DNA from: Candidatus Bathyarchaeota archaeon
GTDB taxonomy: Archaea; Thermoproteota; Bathyarchaeia; Bathyarchaeales; Bathycorpusculaceae
Length of the DNA stretch: 64,000 nucleotides
Assembly: GCA_963733095.1 (NCBI GenBank)
Contig: CAVTBV010000003.1
Span: forward strand, 1 to 64,000
Reading direction: 5' to 3'
Shown in pieces: positions 48,609-59,322 of this stretch. The position numbers and the translations under genes are program-made. Under the pieces are notes generated by a model. The model was given only the letters and a program-made list of their open reading frames with translations, was not told the origin of the DNA and made no database searches. Positions within the stretch are counted from its first letter, which is position 1. Each line of letters starts with the position of its first letter.

Positions 48609-49175
48609 GTGATCAGACTATCAAAAAATCGCCTCGCACTAAGCACAGTAGTAACAACACTCATAATTCTAGTAGTATCGATACTCCTCGCGAGCGTCCT
48701 AACCTACTTTGCCGTAAACGTAGTCAGTACAAGAGTCCAAGAAGAAAGCCTACACGTTTCAAAGCAGCACATTTGGGTTGACGCCGACGGCGCCGCAACT
48801 GAAGCAGCCATAATGGTAACCAACAATGGAGGACGCGACGTAGTCATCAGTAAAATCTCTGTTCGCGGTCAAGCATCCGATTGGGGCAACGTTTTCTACG
48901 AAAATGCCGCAACAAGCGAAGATTTAACCCCCGATTTAGCATACGTAGCAACACCAGTCGCAGGAACAAGCAACCTTGGACTAACAGATACCGCACACCC
49001 CGCCACTACAAGTCTAATCTTGCCATCAGGCTCAACAATGGTCATATACATCAATAACCCCGACAGCATAGGCTTAACCGACATAGGTTTAACAGTGAGC
49101 ATAGGCGTCTACAGTGCCCAAGCAGTGTATTACAGCGAGACAAACATCCAAGCAGCCCCGGTACCAGTTGTTTAA
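48609..49175 (+). CDS. archaeal type IV pilin-like protein 1
   Basis: Class III signal KNRLA/LSTVVTTLIILVV; NNGGRDVVI. Confidence 0.85.
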   Translation: MIRLSKNRLALSTVVTTLIILVVSILLASVLTYFAVNVVSTRVQEESLHVSKQHIWVDADGAATEAAIMVTNNGGRDVVISKISVRGQASDWGNVFYENAATSEDLTPDLAYVATPVAGTSNLGLTDTAHPATTSLILPSGSTMVIYINNPDSIGLTDIGLTVSIGVYSAQAVYYSETNIQAAPVPVV

Positions 49176-49226
49176 AATCTGACTCAGGTGCAATTTTTCT
49201 TTTATTTTTTTCCACATTTTTGCAGC

Positions 49227-49248
49227 GCGTAATTTTTCTTACGCACAA
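49227..49248. promoter_or_regulatory. palindromic operator candidate GCGTAA-N6-TTACGC
   Basis: Inverted repeat upstream of pilin 2; TTACGCACAA is repeated at 50000-50009 upstream of the next gene. Confidence 0.5.
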
Positions 49249-49299
49249 GACTACTTATCCAAAAAACGCACATTTCTGTTTCAAGGAGTTAAAAAATAA

Positions 49300-49875
49300 A
49301 TGAAAAACATACTAAGAAATCGTTTGGCTCTAAGCACAGTCGTAACAACACTGATAATCCTTGTCGTTTCAGTTCTGCTCGCAGGAGTCGTAACATACTT
49401 TGCAATCAACGTAACAAGCACCAGAGTTCAAGAAGAAAGCCTCTCGCTCACAAGTCAGCATATCTGGGTTAACACAGACGGCTCAGCAGTTGGCGCAATG
49501 ATGATAACTAACACTGGCGGACGCGACGTAGTCATTAGCAAGATAACAGTCCGTGGGCAAACATGCGACTGGGCAAACGTATTCAGTCTCGCAGCTGCAA
49601 CTACTGATGCTGGCTTAACCGCAGATCTGCCATCTATCAATACAGCCGACGTAAAAGACACTGGCGTTGTCGCAGATTTTGCAGCGCCTCTAGCAGCAAG
49701 CTCAGGTAGCCTAGTGTTAGCTTCTGGCTCAACTATGGTTATATACGTAAACAGCCCTGACAGCGTTACTCTCAACGACATCGGTTTAACAGTTGCCTTC
49801 ACCGTCTTCACATCACAAGCGATGTACTACAAAGAGACAAACGTTCAAGCAACAACAGTGGCAGCAGCAACTTAA
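49300..49875 (+). CDS. archaeal type IV pilin-like protein 2 (paralog of pilin 1)
   Basis: RNRLA/LSTVVTTLIILVV, STRVQEESL, GGRDVVISKI shared with pilin 1. Confidence 0.87.
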   Translation: MKNILRNRLALSTVVTTLIILVVSVLLAGVVTYFAINVTSTRVQEESLSLTSQHIWVNTDGSAVGAMMITNTGGRDVVISKITVRGQTCDWANVFSLAAATTDAGLTADLPSINTADVKDTGVVADFAAPLAASSGSLVLASGSTMVIYVNSPDSVTLNDIGLTVAFTVFTSQAMYYKETNVQATTVAAAT

Positions 49876-50068
49876 GTTTAGGTTAAAATTAACCTGAAAA
49901 CCCCCCACACTTCTTTTCTCTTTTTATAAAAACTTTTACGAAATACATTAGTTAATTTGTAGTTATGGTCATTTTTAGCAAAATAATATGTCAATTGTTT
50001 TACGCACAAACAACTTAATCCTATTTCCAACTACTCTCCAATAAAATGCTTCATACGAGAGAATGTAA

Positions 50069-50908
50069 TTGACAGTAGCCTCGCTTAAACGTTCATTTAG
50101 AAGGTTCATTCATTCCAAAGCCGCCTTAGCACTGCCAGTTACCTTTATCATTCTCTTTGTTACAACCCTTGCAATAATCTCTTTCACCTACGCCTTCTCA
50201 GTCGAAAGAGTCAACTCCCAAGGCCAAACACTCAAAGTTTCCACAGCCAAACAAAACCTCCTATCACTAGATGACGCGGTTCTTTCAACTCTTTGGCAGC
50301 CAGGTTCCTCAAGCACCTTTGACTTGGCAGATTCAGGTGGAACAACAAACATCCAACCCACCAGCAACGTCTTAACCATCAGCATCCAAGACAACCCAGA
50401 AATACAAGAAACAATCTACAACGCGTCGATCGGCAAAGTCACATATGAATTGCCCTATTCAAGTTCATCAGATTTAGGACTCTACCTTAAAGGCGACAGC
50501 CGAACAATAACCAACCAAAGCGGCTCATCAACAAGCCAACTGTGCATACAAAACGGCGTCGAGCACCAAGAAATCCAGCTGAGTTACCGTCCAAGTGTAA
50601 CGTCGTCCGTTGCAGGATTAGAAAACGGCAAACTCGTCAACAACATCCGCATCTACATAGTTAACTTGAACTCCTCAGACAGCATAACATTGCCCGGGGA
50701 GCTTCCTCTTCAAATTTCCTGCACAAACACACAGCTAATTGCACAAAATTACGAGACTACCTCCTCGTCTGGACAATTAGCGATAAATTCAGTTTTAGAC
50801 GGCTCATCAGGTAGCATTTCAATTCCAATTTCAAGTTCACCCGAAGGTGCTTTTATCCACATAGAAACCGTTGTTTCAGATGTTTCAATTCAAAGGTGGA
50901 TCAGATAG
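50069..50908 (+). CDS. minor pilin-like protein
   Basis: Basic N-terminus then KAA/LALPVTFIILF hydrophobic helix; in pilus operon. Confidence 0.7.
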   Translation: MTVASLKRSFRRFIHSKAALALPVTFIILFVTTLAIISFTYAFSVERVNSQGQTLKVSTAKQNLLSLDDAVLSTLWQPGSSSTFDLADSGGTTNIQPTSNVLTISIQDNPEIQETIYNASIGKVTYELPYSSSSDLGLYLKGDSRTITNQSGSSTSQLCIQNGVEHQEIQLSYRPSVTSSVAGLENGKLVNNIRIYIVNLNSSDSITLPGELPLQISCTNTQLIAQNYETTSSSGQLAINSVLDGSSGSISIPISSSPEGAFIHIETVVSDVSIQRWIR

Positions 50909-51352
50909 ATGCCGACAATAATTCCGGGTTACGTATATTCATTGTTTGCTGCCCTCCTAGTTGGAGCCATCGTGGTTTACAGTTGCAGCTTTGAAACTTT
51001 AAACATAAAAAATCAAGCTACCAACCAACAGCTAAAAAACATCGATGATTATGTGGCGGCGCAAAGTCTGGTGCTCCTCTCTCATACCATCCAAGAGAAC
51101 CAAAACACAACTCAGTCTCTTGATATTCCTTCACAGGTTGGCAATCAAATATTCTGGATACAAATATCAAACGATTCGTCTGGGGCATGGGTTGAGTCGG
51201 GGTTTGGAACAACCGTCACCTCAAGTGCACTGCACACAGCTATTCCGGCTTCCGTTCTGGCGTCGGGCATCTTTATCAGCGGTTCAGGCAGGGCTGAACT
51301 TCAATGCCACTTTGAAAACCAAACAGCAACTTTAACGTTAACAAGCGAGTGA
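50909..51352 (+). CDS. pilus-associated membrane-anchored protein
   Basis: N-terminal TM, translationally coupled. Confidence 0.7.
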   Translation: MPTIIPGYVYSLFAALLVGAIVVYSCSFETLNIKNQATNQQLKNIDDYVAAQSLVLLSHTIQENQNTTQSLDIPSQVGNQIFWIQISNDSSGAWVESGFGTTVTSSALHTAIPASVLASGIFISGSGRAELQCHFENQTATLTLTSE

Positions 51353-51359
51353 TAACAAC

Positions 51360-52943
51360 ATGAAGTTAGGGAAAAAGAAACAAGAAGAGATTCAGGAAAA
51401 ACAAGAGACTCCCGATGAAGAACTGGTAGCGTACTTGGGTATTCAGGGCTATCAGGTGCCGGAAGGTTTCACGCAGATTGAAAGTTACCCTCTAAATCCC
51501 CCGTTCTCTTACGCCTGGGTTTTTCAAGACGATTCAGAAGGCAGCTTCTTCTATGTAGTCGATGACTTGCCCATGTCAAGACAAGAAAGAGAAGCCTTCA
51601 AACGCCTAAAGAACATACTTGAATACGAGTTAAAAGCTCCACGAATAGATGAAACATTGGTTGATTCTTTCCGCAGACAGCTTCCAGCAATAATCGAAGA
51701 GCACAAAGAAGCGTTCAGTGGAACCAACCAAGTTGGCTTAAGAAAAATCATCTACTACCTCGAAAAAGACTTAATCGGGTACGGAAAAATCGACGGACTC
51801 ATCAGCGACCCATATATTGAAGACATAAGTTGCCTTGGCATAAACAAAACCGTCTACATATACCATAGAAAATACGCCAGTACACGCACCAACCTTATTT
51901 TTACTGATGAAGAAGAACTCGATGACTTCATAACACGAGTGGTTCACAGGCAGGGCAAACACGTCAGCATCGCCCACCCCATTGTAGATTTAACTCTTCC
52001 GGGAAAACACCGCCTGGCCGTATCTTTTGGAAAAGAAACCACACCCGCGGGAACAAGCTTTACGATAAGAAAATTCAAAGACGACCCCCTAACAATCGTT
52101 GACTTGATAATGAACGAAACCATTGACGAGTCAATCGGCGCTTACCTTTGGATGTTAATGGAAAACAAAATGTCCGTGATGGTTGTGGGACCCACGGGCG
52201 CGGGCAAAACCACGGCTTTAAACGCTATTGCATGTTTGGTGCGTCCAGATTTTAAGATGATTTCTGTAGAGGAAGTGCAGGAAATCAATTTGCCGCAGGA
52301 GAACTGGGTCTCGACCATTGCTCGAACGGGTTTTGGAGGAGACAGCGACGGAGAAGTCACACTCTACGACTTAATCAAATCAGCCGTAAGGCACAGACCA
52401 GCGTTGATTCTTGTAGGCGAAATCAGAGGCGAAGAAGCATATGTTCTCTTTCAAGCCTTAGCTACAGGTCACGGCGGCTTATGCACCATGCACGCAGACG
52501 ACGTAGAAACAGTCATTAAACGACTAACACAACCCCCCATGAACATTCCACAAAACATCCTCTCGCTCATGAACTGTGTAATCGTGGTCAAACAAGTTAA
52601 CACTTCAAGCCTAAACCTGCAAGAACGAAAAAAATCCATGCGAAAATTCGTCAAAGTCGCAGAAATCGACAACAACGGTCAACCACGCGAAGTCTTCAGC
52701 TGGAACCTATCCACCGACACCTTCCAAAAAGACCTAGACAAAAGTTATCTGTTGTCAAAAATCGCTCAAAACCTCGATGCACCCTTGAGCGTAGTTCAAC
52801 AAGAGTTCGAACGCAGAAAACAAATCCTGCTCACCATGGTTGAAAAAAACCTGCGCGACTTCAGAAGTGTCCACAAAGCCCTAAACAGCTCCATTAACCT
52901 GTCAAATTTAGCCGCTGCAAGCGAAGCGCCAAAGGTGCAATAA
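51360..52943 (+). CDS. type II/IV secretion (pilus assembly) ATPase
   Basis: GPTGAGKTT, SVEEVQE, RHRPALILVGEIRGEEA, GHGGLCTMHA. Confidence 0.96.
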   Translation: MKLGKKKQEEIQEKQETPDEELVAYLGIQGYQVPEGFTQIESYPLNPPFSYAWVFQDDSEGSFFYVVDDLPMSRQEREAFKRLKNILEYELKAPRIDETLVDSFRRQLPAIIEEHKEAFSGTNQVGLRKIIYYLEKDLIGYGKIDGLISDPYIEDISCLGINKTVYIYHRKYASTRTNLIFTDEEELDDFITRVVHRQGKHVSIAHPIVDLTLPGKHRLAVSFGKETTPAGTSFTIRKFKDDPLTIVDLIMNETIDESIGAYLWMLMENKMSVMVVGPTGAGKTTALNAIACLVRPDFKMISVEEVQEINLPQENWVSTIARTGFGGDSDGEVTLYDLIKSAVRHRPALILVGEIRGEEAYVLFQALATGHGGLCTMHADDVETVIKRLTQPPMNIPQNILSLMNCVIVVKQVNTSSLNLQERKKSMRKFVKVAEIDNNGQPREVFSWNLSTDTFQKDLDKSYLLSKIAQNLDAPLSVVQQEFERRKQILLTMVEKNLRDFRSVHKALNSSINLSNLAAASEAPKVQ

Positions 52944-52947
52944 CACA

Positions 52948-54459
52948 ATGAAAAAAGCTCCTGTCGGTTTCCTCGGCAAAATCTTCGGTTTCTTAAACAA
53001 AGCTACTAGCGAAGATAAAGAGAAAACTGAGCAGGAGTTGCCGTTTGCAGTCATGATTTTTACGCTTATGGCTGCAAGCGGAATTTCTCCCTATGATAGC
53101 TGGAAGAAAATGCGGAAACTCAGTTTTCTTCCGACTTTTAAGAAGGAAGCAGACGAGGTTGTGCGTCAAGTTGAGGTTCTTGGTAAAGACCCGTTGACTG
53201 TGATGTATCAGCGTGCGGAAGCAACCCAATCCAAGCTCTATCGGAATTTTCTGGGCGGATTCGTTTCCTCAGTTCGGAGTGGCGGTAAACTTGCGGATTA
53301 CATGAAAAGTCAGTTGAAATCAATCTTTGAACTACGATACATTAACTTGAACCGGTCTATCGAGAAAATTGCGACTTTGGTTGAAGCTTACTCAGTTATG
53401 CTAATCGTCGTGTTATGCACCTACATCCTCTTCGTAGTTTTCTCCTCATCAAGCGTCATGGATTTACTCTCAAGTTCCTCGGTATCTATCTCGCCAGTTA
53501 TTTCTTACTTAATAGCGTTTATCATTATGCCGGTTATGTCGGGGATTTTTATTTTGATGGCGCATAACATGCAAAGAAGCGCTTTCCCAGACCTCAACGA
53601 CCTGTACAAGAAAGCTTTAATCTTTATAATTCCAGTGTTCGCCGTCATAGGCATCTTTGGCGTAGTCGGACCGGGCTCTATCGGACCCATCGGGCTGCCA
53701 GAAATCACAACCATGGGCTTAGTTGCTGCTTCACTACCGCTTGCTTACCAGTACTACCGTATCTCAAAAATAAACTACAATGCAGAAGAATCCATCCCAA
53801 GCTTCATCCGAGACATAACAGAATCACAAAAAACGGGTCTCTCCCCAGAAAAAAGCATCGTACAAGCAACAAAACGCAAAGACTACGGGCCCTTCTCCAA
53901 ATTTTTAGAGTTAATTCGAAGCCAAATTGAATGGGGCATCCCGCTTAGGAAAACCTTTGAGAACATGCGCAGGGAAATCCGGAGCTGGTTTGTCATAGTA
54001 AACTTTGCTATGATGGTGGAAACCATCGAAATTGGCGGTAACTCTATTCAATCCTTAGAAATTTTATCTGAATACAGCGAAAAAGAACGCGAAATGCAGG
54101 TTAACCGCAGGGCGCTTTTGAAGCCATACATTCTTTTGGCTTTCATGTGGAGTGCATTAATCGCTGTTACCACAACCATCGTGGCTTTGACTACAACTAT
54201 GATGACGGGTGTTGTCAGTTCTGATTTGGCGGCGGTTGCGACGATGGCTATGCAAAGTCAGCTTCAAGTGTTCTCAGTTGGCATAATCATTCAATGTTGG
54301 ATTTCGGGGTTCTTCATCGGAAAAATCAGTGAAGGCAACTTCGGCGCCGGATTCAAACACTCCGCACTGCTAGCCGCAACCGCTTACTTATCGCTGGTTA
54401 TCTCTCAAGTCTTGCTCTCAGGGCTCTTCACTATTGGAGGATTACAACCGCCGACTTAA
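52948..54459 (+). CDS. type II secretion F / TadC-like platform protein (two F domains)
   Basis: ELPFA..MAASG, IPSFIRDI..TGLS, multiple TMs, follows the ATPase. Confidence 0.92.
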   Translation: MKKAPVGFLGKIFGFLNKATSEDKEKTEQELPFAVMIFTLMAASGISPYDSWKKMRKLSFLPTFKKEADEVVRQVEVLGKDPLTVMYQRAEATQSKLYRNFLGGFVSSVRSGGKLADYMKSQLKSIFELRYINLNRSIEKIATLVEAYSVMLIVVLCTYILFVVFSSSSVMDLLSSSSVSISPVISYLIAFIIMPVMSGIFILMAHNMQRSAFPDLNDLYKKALIFIIPVFAVIGIFGVVGPGSIGPIGLPEITTMGLVAASLPLAYQYYRISKINYNAEESIPSFIRDITESQKTGLSPEKSIVQATKRKDYGPFSKFLELIRSQIEWGIPLRKTFENMRREIRSWFVIVNFAMMVETIEIGGNSIQSLEILSEYSEKEREMQVNRRALLKPYILLAFMWSALIAVTTTIVALTTTMMTGVVSSDLAAVATMAMQSQLQVFSVGIIIQCWISGFFIGKISEGNFGAGFKHSALLAATAYLSLVISQVLLSGLFTIGGLQPPT

Positions 54460-54472
54460 GGAGAAACAAAGC

Positions 54473-55516
54473 TTGCCTACGAGTTCGTTTGACACTTTCT
54501 TTGCTTGCACAATCCTTGTAGCTGCTGCCCTGATAGGCACAGCTTTTTTAGCTTCAACAATTCAAACCAGAATAGCAAGCACAGAAGACCTCAACAAAGA
54601 CAGCTACCTAAAAGCCATCGCTGACCACATCATAACAAGCACGGGGTCGCCCGCGGACTGGGGCGCAAACAGCGCGTTGCCCGTTGACTTCGGTTTAGCT
54701 GAAGCCTCCCAAACCGCCCCATATGAGTTGGATATAGATAAAATCAGCAGGCTAAACAACCTTAACATTCACTCGTTATCTTACGCCGACATGGAGAACA
54801 CAGCGAAACTGAGCAATATAGCCTTGGGCATAGCTGTCTCCCAAATTATGACCCTAAACGTTTCTCAATATAGTAACTCAACAGTTGGCGGCGACACTTC
54901 GTTTACCTTCACAGTTTCAGCAAGTATCGATTCAAAACCTGCCGCTGCAACCTTGCACTGCTACGTTGCCGCAAACAACTACCTTAATGAAATCAACAGC
55001 GCCATCCCCGACAGTAGCGTAGGACAAGTTACCGTTCAAATTCCCGATTCAGCAGCAGACAACGCAGTGCTAATCGTTTTTGCCAGAGCATCCATAGACG
55101 ACCGCATCACATCATTTGCAATCTACAACTTTGCTAAATCTACCCAGGAATCAACCCCAAGTAGCACCGAATTAGATTTAAGCTCACAAAATTACACCTT
55201 AAGCCTCAACAACACCTTGCCCAGCATCACGGTTCAAGAGGTTTATCTTTTCTCTTACACCTATCAGCAAACCCTATCCCCCATTGAAGATTCTCAAGTA
55301 TCGATTCCCAAGTTACTTGACAAAAGCCCTATGGTTCTGGTTGCCTGCAGTCTCAACGGCACCGAGTATTTCCAAGAATGGACCGCTTATCCTCAGGTCC
55401 CACTTAAAGCAGGTTCAAGCTTTGAGGGTTCAGAACAGAACATTTTCAGTTACATCGTAACGATTGACGGTGTCCTCTACAAGCTCGATTTAAGCTTAGG
55501 AGACCTGCCCAAATGA
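54473..55516 (+). CDS. pilus-associated pilin-like protein
   Basis: TTG after AGGAG; DTFFACTIL TM; GSPADWG..FGLA motif. Confidence 0.75.
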   Translation: MPTSSFDTFFACTILVAAALIGTAFLASTIQTRIASTEDLNKDSYLKAIADHIITSTGSPADWGANSALPVDFGLAEASQTAPYELDIDKISRLNNLNIHSLSYADMENTAKLSNIALGIAVSQIMTLNVSQYSNSTVGGDTSFTFTVSASIDSKPAAATLHCYVAANNYLNEINSAIPDSSVGQVTVQIPDSAADNAVLIVFARASIDDRITSFAIYNFAKSTQESTPSSTELDLSSQNYTLSLNNTLPSITVQEVYLFSYTYQQTLSPIEDSQVSIPKLLDKSPMVLVACSLNGTEYFQEWTAYPQVPLKAGSSFEGSEQNIFSYIVTIDGVLYKLDLSLGDLPK

Positions 55517-55935
55517 GGCTGCTAAGCAACAAGAAAGGACAAGTGCGCGTTATAGAAGCGTTCTTTGCTTCCGTGCTCCTCCTGTCCTGTTTGACGCTTA
55601 TCCCAGCTCCCGCTTCCCAAAAAAACTCATCAGGCAATCTTGATTGGAAATCCGAAAACATACTGTCGACCCTAAATAATGATGGGCAATTTGCGAGTCT
55701 AGTTGATAATCACGATTGGGCAGCGCTCGGAAAATGCATAGAATCCTCGTTACCGCTCACCACCTGGTTTAACCTAACAGTCTACGACAAAGACATGAAC
55801 ATCCTAAACAATTTCCCCATATCTAATGGCGGTGCAGTCAGCAACAAAATCGTTTCATATGACTATGTCTGTGTGAGCCAGAACAGTACGTTTGCAATTT
55901 ATGTTTTGCAGTTGCAGTTGTCGGTGATGGATTAA
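55513..55935 (+). CDS. minor pilin with class III signal peptide
   Basis: KKG/QVRVIEAFFASVLLL. Confidence 0.8.
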   Translation: MRLLSNKKGQVRVIEAFFASVLLLSCLTLIPAPASQKNSSGNLDWKSENILSTLNNDGQFASLVDNHDWAALGKCIESSLPLTTWFNLTVYDKDMNILNNFPISNGGAVSNKIVSYDYVCVSQNSTFAIYVLQLQLSVMD

Positions 55936-55937
55936 GC

Positions 55938-56699
55938 ATGGGAAAACGCAGTTTTCGGCAGGACAAGTCTGGACAGGTGCTCATTGTGTCTGCTTTGTTG
56001 GTGGCTTTGATTTTGTTGTCTACTGCCCTCTACGTTATAGAGGTTGGGAAAGAAGTGCCCACAGTAGATACCCGCCAAACAGACGTTTTCTCAGCATACC
56101 AACAGTCAGCCCGAAGCACTCTGATAAGTGCGTTAGCAAACGCCACAGACGGCGGCAACCCAAACATACTAGAAACTGACCTCGCCGAATTAAAAACCGT
56201 AATTCTTTCCAATTCCTACCAAGCCCTACTCACCATAGATTACAACACACTAAATTCAAGCGGCTACCAAGATGGGCTCTATATTTCCCGGGGTGCCAAC
56301 GGGCAGGGAGTTTCAAGCGCCTATGCGTCTTTTGCTTTTGCGTCATCGAGCCCTTCGGCCACCTCTAACATGGAATACACAGTAAACGTTACATCAGCTG
56401 TTAATTTTAGCGGAAACTGCCATCAACTCAACGAAACTACAAAGCGAGTCAATTTGACAGTTAGCATATTAAATGAGGGCAAACCGGCATTAGCCCAAAA
56501 CTTTGCCGTTTCTTATCTTAATGCAACAGACTGGGTAGATGTGGATTCACCTGACATCTATAGTTTTGGCAACGGCACATACTCGGTATCGTTTAATGCT
56601 CAAACACCTCAACTAAGTGACCCACTGGTTGTTTCTTTGGTTTGTCAAGATGAGAGAGGTATATTTGTGGGAGCAAACCTAACATGTACCACCAGGTAA
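55938..56699 (+). CDS. minor pilin with class III signal peptide
   Basis: DKSG/QVLIVSALLVALILL. Confidence 0.8.
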   Translation: MGKRSFRQDKSGQVLIVSALLVALILLSTALYVIEVGKEVPTVDTRQTDVFSAYQQSARSTLISALANATDGGNPNILETDLAELKTVILSNSYQALLTIDYNTLNSSGYQDGLYISRGANGQGVSSAYASFAFASSSPSATSNMEYTVNVTSAVNFSGNCHQLNETTKRVNLTVSILNEGKPALAQNFAVSYLNATDWVDVDSPDIYSFGNGTYSVSFNAQTPQLSDPLVVSLVCQDERGIFVGANLTCTTR

Positions 56700-56753
56700 C
56701 AGTCAATATAGCGCTAAACAAGGAGGAAACCTCCAATAAGCCCAGCTAAAGCC

Positions 56754-58094
56754 TTGAAAGTAACGTTTGTAGCTCTAACAGTTTTGATTGTGTTAACCGT
56801 AAGCCTAAGTGCTATACAAACCGCTTTTCCTCTGAAAGTTGACGGCGCCCCTTCAATTAACGTCTTACCTGCAAAAGTTGCCTGGGCAAAAACCTACGGC
56901 GGCGAAGCTGATGATCGCGCATTTTCTTCTGCGCCATCAGGCAGAGGCTTTTTAGTAGTTGGTTCATCTAGTTCGATCGTAGCAAACACAACTGTTGGTT
57001 GGGCACTAAACCTTGACTTAGAAGGCAATGTTGTTTGGAATAAAACATTCCTCGAAGGCTTCGGTACAGAGCTCCGGTGCGCTGTCAATTTAACGGATGG
57101 TTTCTTGCTTGTCGGCAACGAATTCTTGGCTTCAGGAGATGTTAACGGTTACGTTGCGAAGGCGGATAGCCAAGGAAATTTGCTTTGGAAAACCATTTTG
57201 ACTGGGGGAAGCACCAATAAGCTCTTCTCGGGAATTGCTACCTCTGATGGATTCGTGGTATTTGGGTTAATACCCTCCAACAGCAATGGAACATCTGCTG
57301 CTTGGGTAGTAAAACTTGATTTAAGCGGTAACATAATTTGGAACAAAACCTTCAGTGTATCAGTGGATAGTGCCTTAAGAGCAGGCGTTTTAGCCCAAGA
57401 TGGTGATTATGTAATTGCAGGTTACGCCGCAACTCAGGGCGATAGCAACTATGCTTTTTACCTTCTCAAAGTTGACCCAAACGGAAACTTGGTTTGGAAT
57501 AAAACTTATGGAGGGACAGAAAGTGAAAAAGCTTATTCAATTGCAAAGGCACCTGACGGCTACGTGTTAGTAGGCGACGTTGAATCACCTACTTCCTCAA
57601 CCGACGCTTGGGTGCTAAAGGTTGATACAAATGGCAACGCGTTGTGGAATCGAACTGTGGGAGGAAAAGATGCTGATTCACCAGCATACATTACTCCATC
57701 AACGGATGGCGGCTACCTAGTAGCTGGCTTCACATTTTCATTCGGCGAAGGACAGAGGGATTTTTGGCTCTTCAAAATAACTGATGAAGGGCAAGTTCTC
57801 TTCAGTTGCACCCAAGGCACAGAGGCGTTTCAGGAAGCCTACAGCGTTACAGAAACAGGTAATAACCAGTTTTTGATGGTTGGCTGGACTGATCCGCTTG
57901 GACACCCAGACTTAATCGGCAAAAAACTGTATGATTTTTATGTGGTAGAACTTGGTGTTAGCCAAAACAGCGGCACGTTCTCAAGTTTCAAGATATTCAT
58001 TTACGCAGCAACTGTCATCGCAGCTTTAATGACAACTTTGCTTTTGGTGCTCAAACTGCGGGCAAAAGGAAAAAGATATTTAAAATTATTATAA
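56754..58094 (+). CDS. surface beta-propeller repeat protein
   Basis: About seven GN(L/V)xWNKT(Y/F)GG repeats, signal peptide and C-terminal TM. Confidence 0.85.
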   Translation: MKVTFVALTVLIVLTVSLSAIQTAFPLKVDGAPSINVLPAKVAWAKTYGGEADDRAFSSAPSGRGFLVVGSSSSIVANTTVGWALNLDLEGNVVWNKTFLEGFGTELRCAVNLTDGFLLVGNEFLASGDVNGYVAKADSQGNLLWKTILTGGSTNKLFSGIATSDGFVVFGLIPSNSNGTSAAWVVKLDLSGNIIWNKTFSVSVDSALRAGVLAQDGDYVIAGYAATQGDSNYAFYLLKVDPNGNLVWNKTYGGTESEKAYSIAKAPDGYVLVGDVESPTSSTDAWVLKVDTNGNALWNRTVGGKDADSPAYITPSTDGGYLVAGFTFSFGEGQRDFWLFKITDEGQVLFSCTQGTEAFQEAYSVTETGNNQFLMVGWTDPLGHPDLIGKKLYDFYVVELGVSQNSGTFSSFKIFIYAATVIAALMTTLLLVLKLRAKGKRYLKLL

Positions 58095-58108
58095 AAGAAA
58101 GTTTGCAA

Positions 58109-58993
58109 TTATTCTTGTGCCAGCTTAGAGAAAAGCACCTGTAACGTGTTAACTAAGGCACTGTAGTTAGTCCAGATGGCAGCGGTTCTATATTTCTTTT
58201 TGACATCATCTTCACTTACGTTTTCTTTTTCGTGGAAGGTAATCATAACTTCCTTATCGTCACAGATCATGAAGCAGGGCAAGTTTTGTTCGTCAACAAT
58301 TTTGCGTGATCCACTTAGCCATTGCATTTGCCCAAGGAAGTAAGCGCTTTTTAGGGAGTCATCAGTTACCAATGTGACCTCAACTTTGTCAGCTTGGCTT
58401 TTTAGGTTGTCTGAGAAATCATTGTAGTAGAATTCTGAGAGGTAATTGGCTGAGGCGAAGATTTGGAATTTCTTTTCGGTTTTTTCGAGTAACTCGTTGG
58501 CTTTGATTAGGACTTGTTGTTCGCCTTCGAGCATTTGGAAGAGTTCTTTTTTGGTGGTTTCTGTTTTTGGCTGGGGCATGGATCGCCAGAGTTCTACGAG
58601 GCTTGTTTTTTCTTGTTCTAAGAGTTTAATTTTGATTTTTTCTGCGTCCACGAGTAAATCTATGGCTTTGTCCAGTGGGACAGCGGTGAATTTTAGTGGT
58701 TTTTCGAAAATTGAGAAAACAATTCCTTTTCTTTCTAAGTCGCGTAGGATTCGATAGGTTTCGGTGCGGTGCAAGGCGATGGATTCTGCTATTTCTCCTG
58801 CTTTATTTTCGCCTGCTCGTGCAAGGTACATGTAGACTCTGATTTCGTTTTTGAGTAATCCGAACCGGGTGAGTGTTTCTTCGATGGTTGTTAGTTGTTT
58901 GTTGTAGGTTTGGTCTTTTTTAACTAGTTTCCATGCGTCGGTTTGTTTGTTGTATACTTTCATTAGAGCGTCGTTTTCCATTGCGAGTGCCAT
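58109..58993 (-). CDS. TrmB-family transcriptional regulator
   Basis: FGLLKNEIRVYMYL..IHRTETY-like HTH, C-terminal effector-type domain. Confidence 0.88.
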   Translation of the reverse strand: MALAMENDALMKVYNKQTDAWKLVKKDQTYNKQLTTIEETLTRFGLLKNEIRVYMYLARAGENKAGEIAESIALHRTETYRILRDLERKGIVFSIFEKPLKFTAVPLDKAIDLLVDAEKIKIKLLEQEKTSLVELWRSMPQPKTETTKKELFQMLEGEQQVLIKANELLEKTEKKFQIFASANYLSEFYYNDFSDNLKSQADKVEVTLVTDDSLKSAYFLGQMQWLSGSRKIVDEQNLPCFMICDDKEVMITFHEKENVSEDDVKKKYRTAAIWTNYSALVNTLQVLFSKLAQE

Positions 58994-59322
58994 TTTTGAA
59001 TTTCAACCTTTCCGTATTTTGGGTATTGCTAACCAATTCAGACGTTTTATATATAATATCATTACGACTTGAGAATCTGAATTCAGAATTCATATTTGTA
59101 AGAAAGTTTCTTTTGAATCAAAACTGCGTGTTTTTTTCATAAATTGCAACATATTATTATTAAGGAAGGGATTCATATTTGGAGCCTATTAGGATCCTAA
59201 TAGTTAATCATTGCAGAAACAATAGAGGGGTAGGCAAAAATGCTATTTGGAGCTATTAACAGTTGAAAAACTCTAATAAAGTGGCACAACAACAGATGTT
59301 CCAAGCAAAAGAGTTGGTAAAC

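Noticed and set aside
50906-50911. TAG-ATG in-frame junction suggesting a readthrough fusion
   Set aside because: The second ORF has its own N-terminal TM; translational coupling is the simpler explanation.
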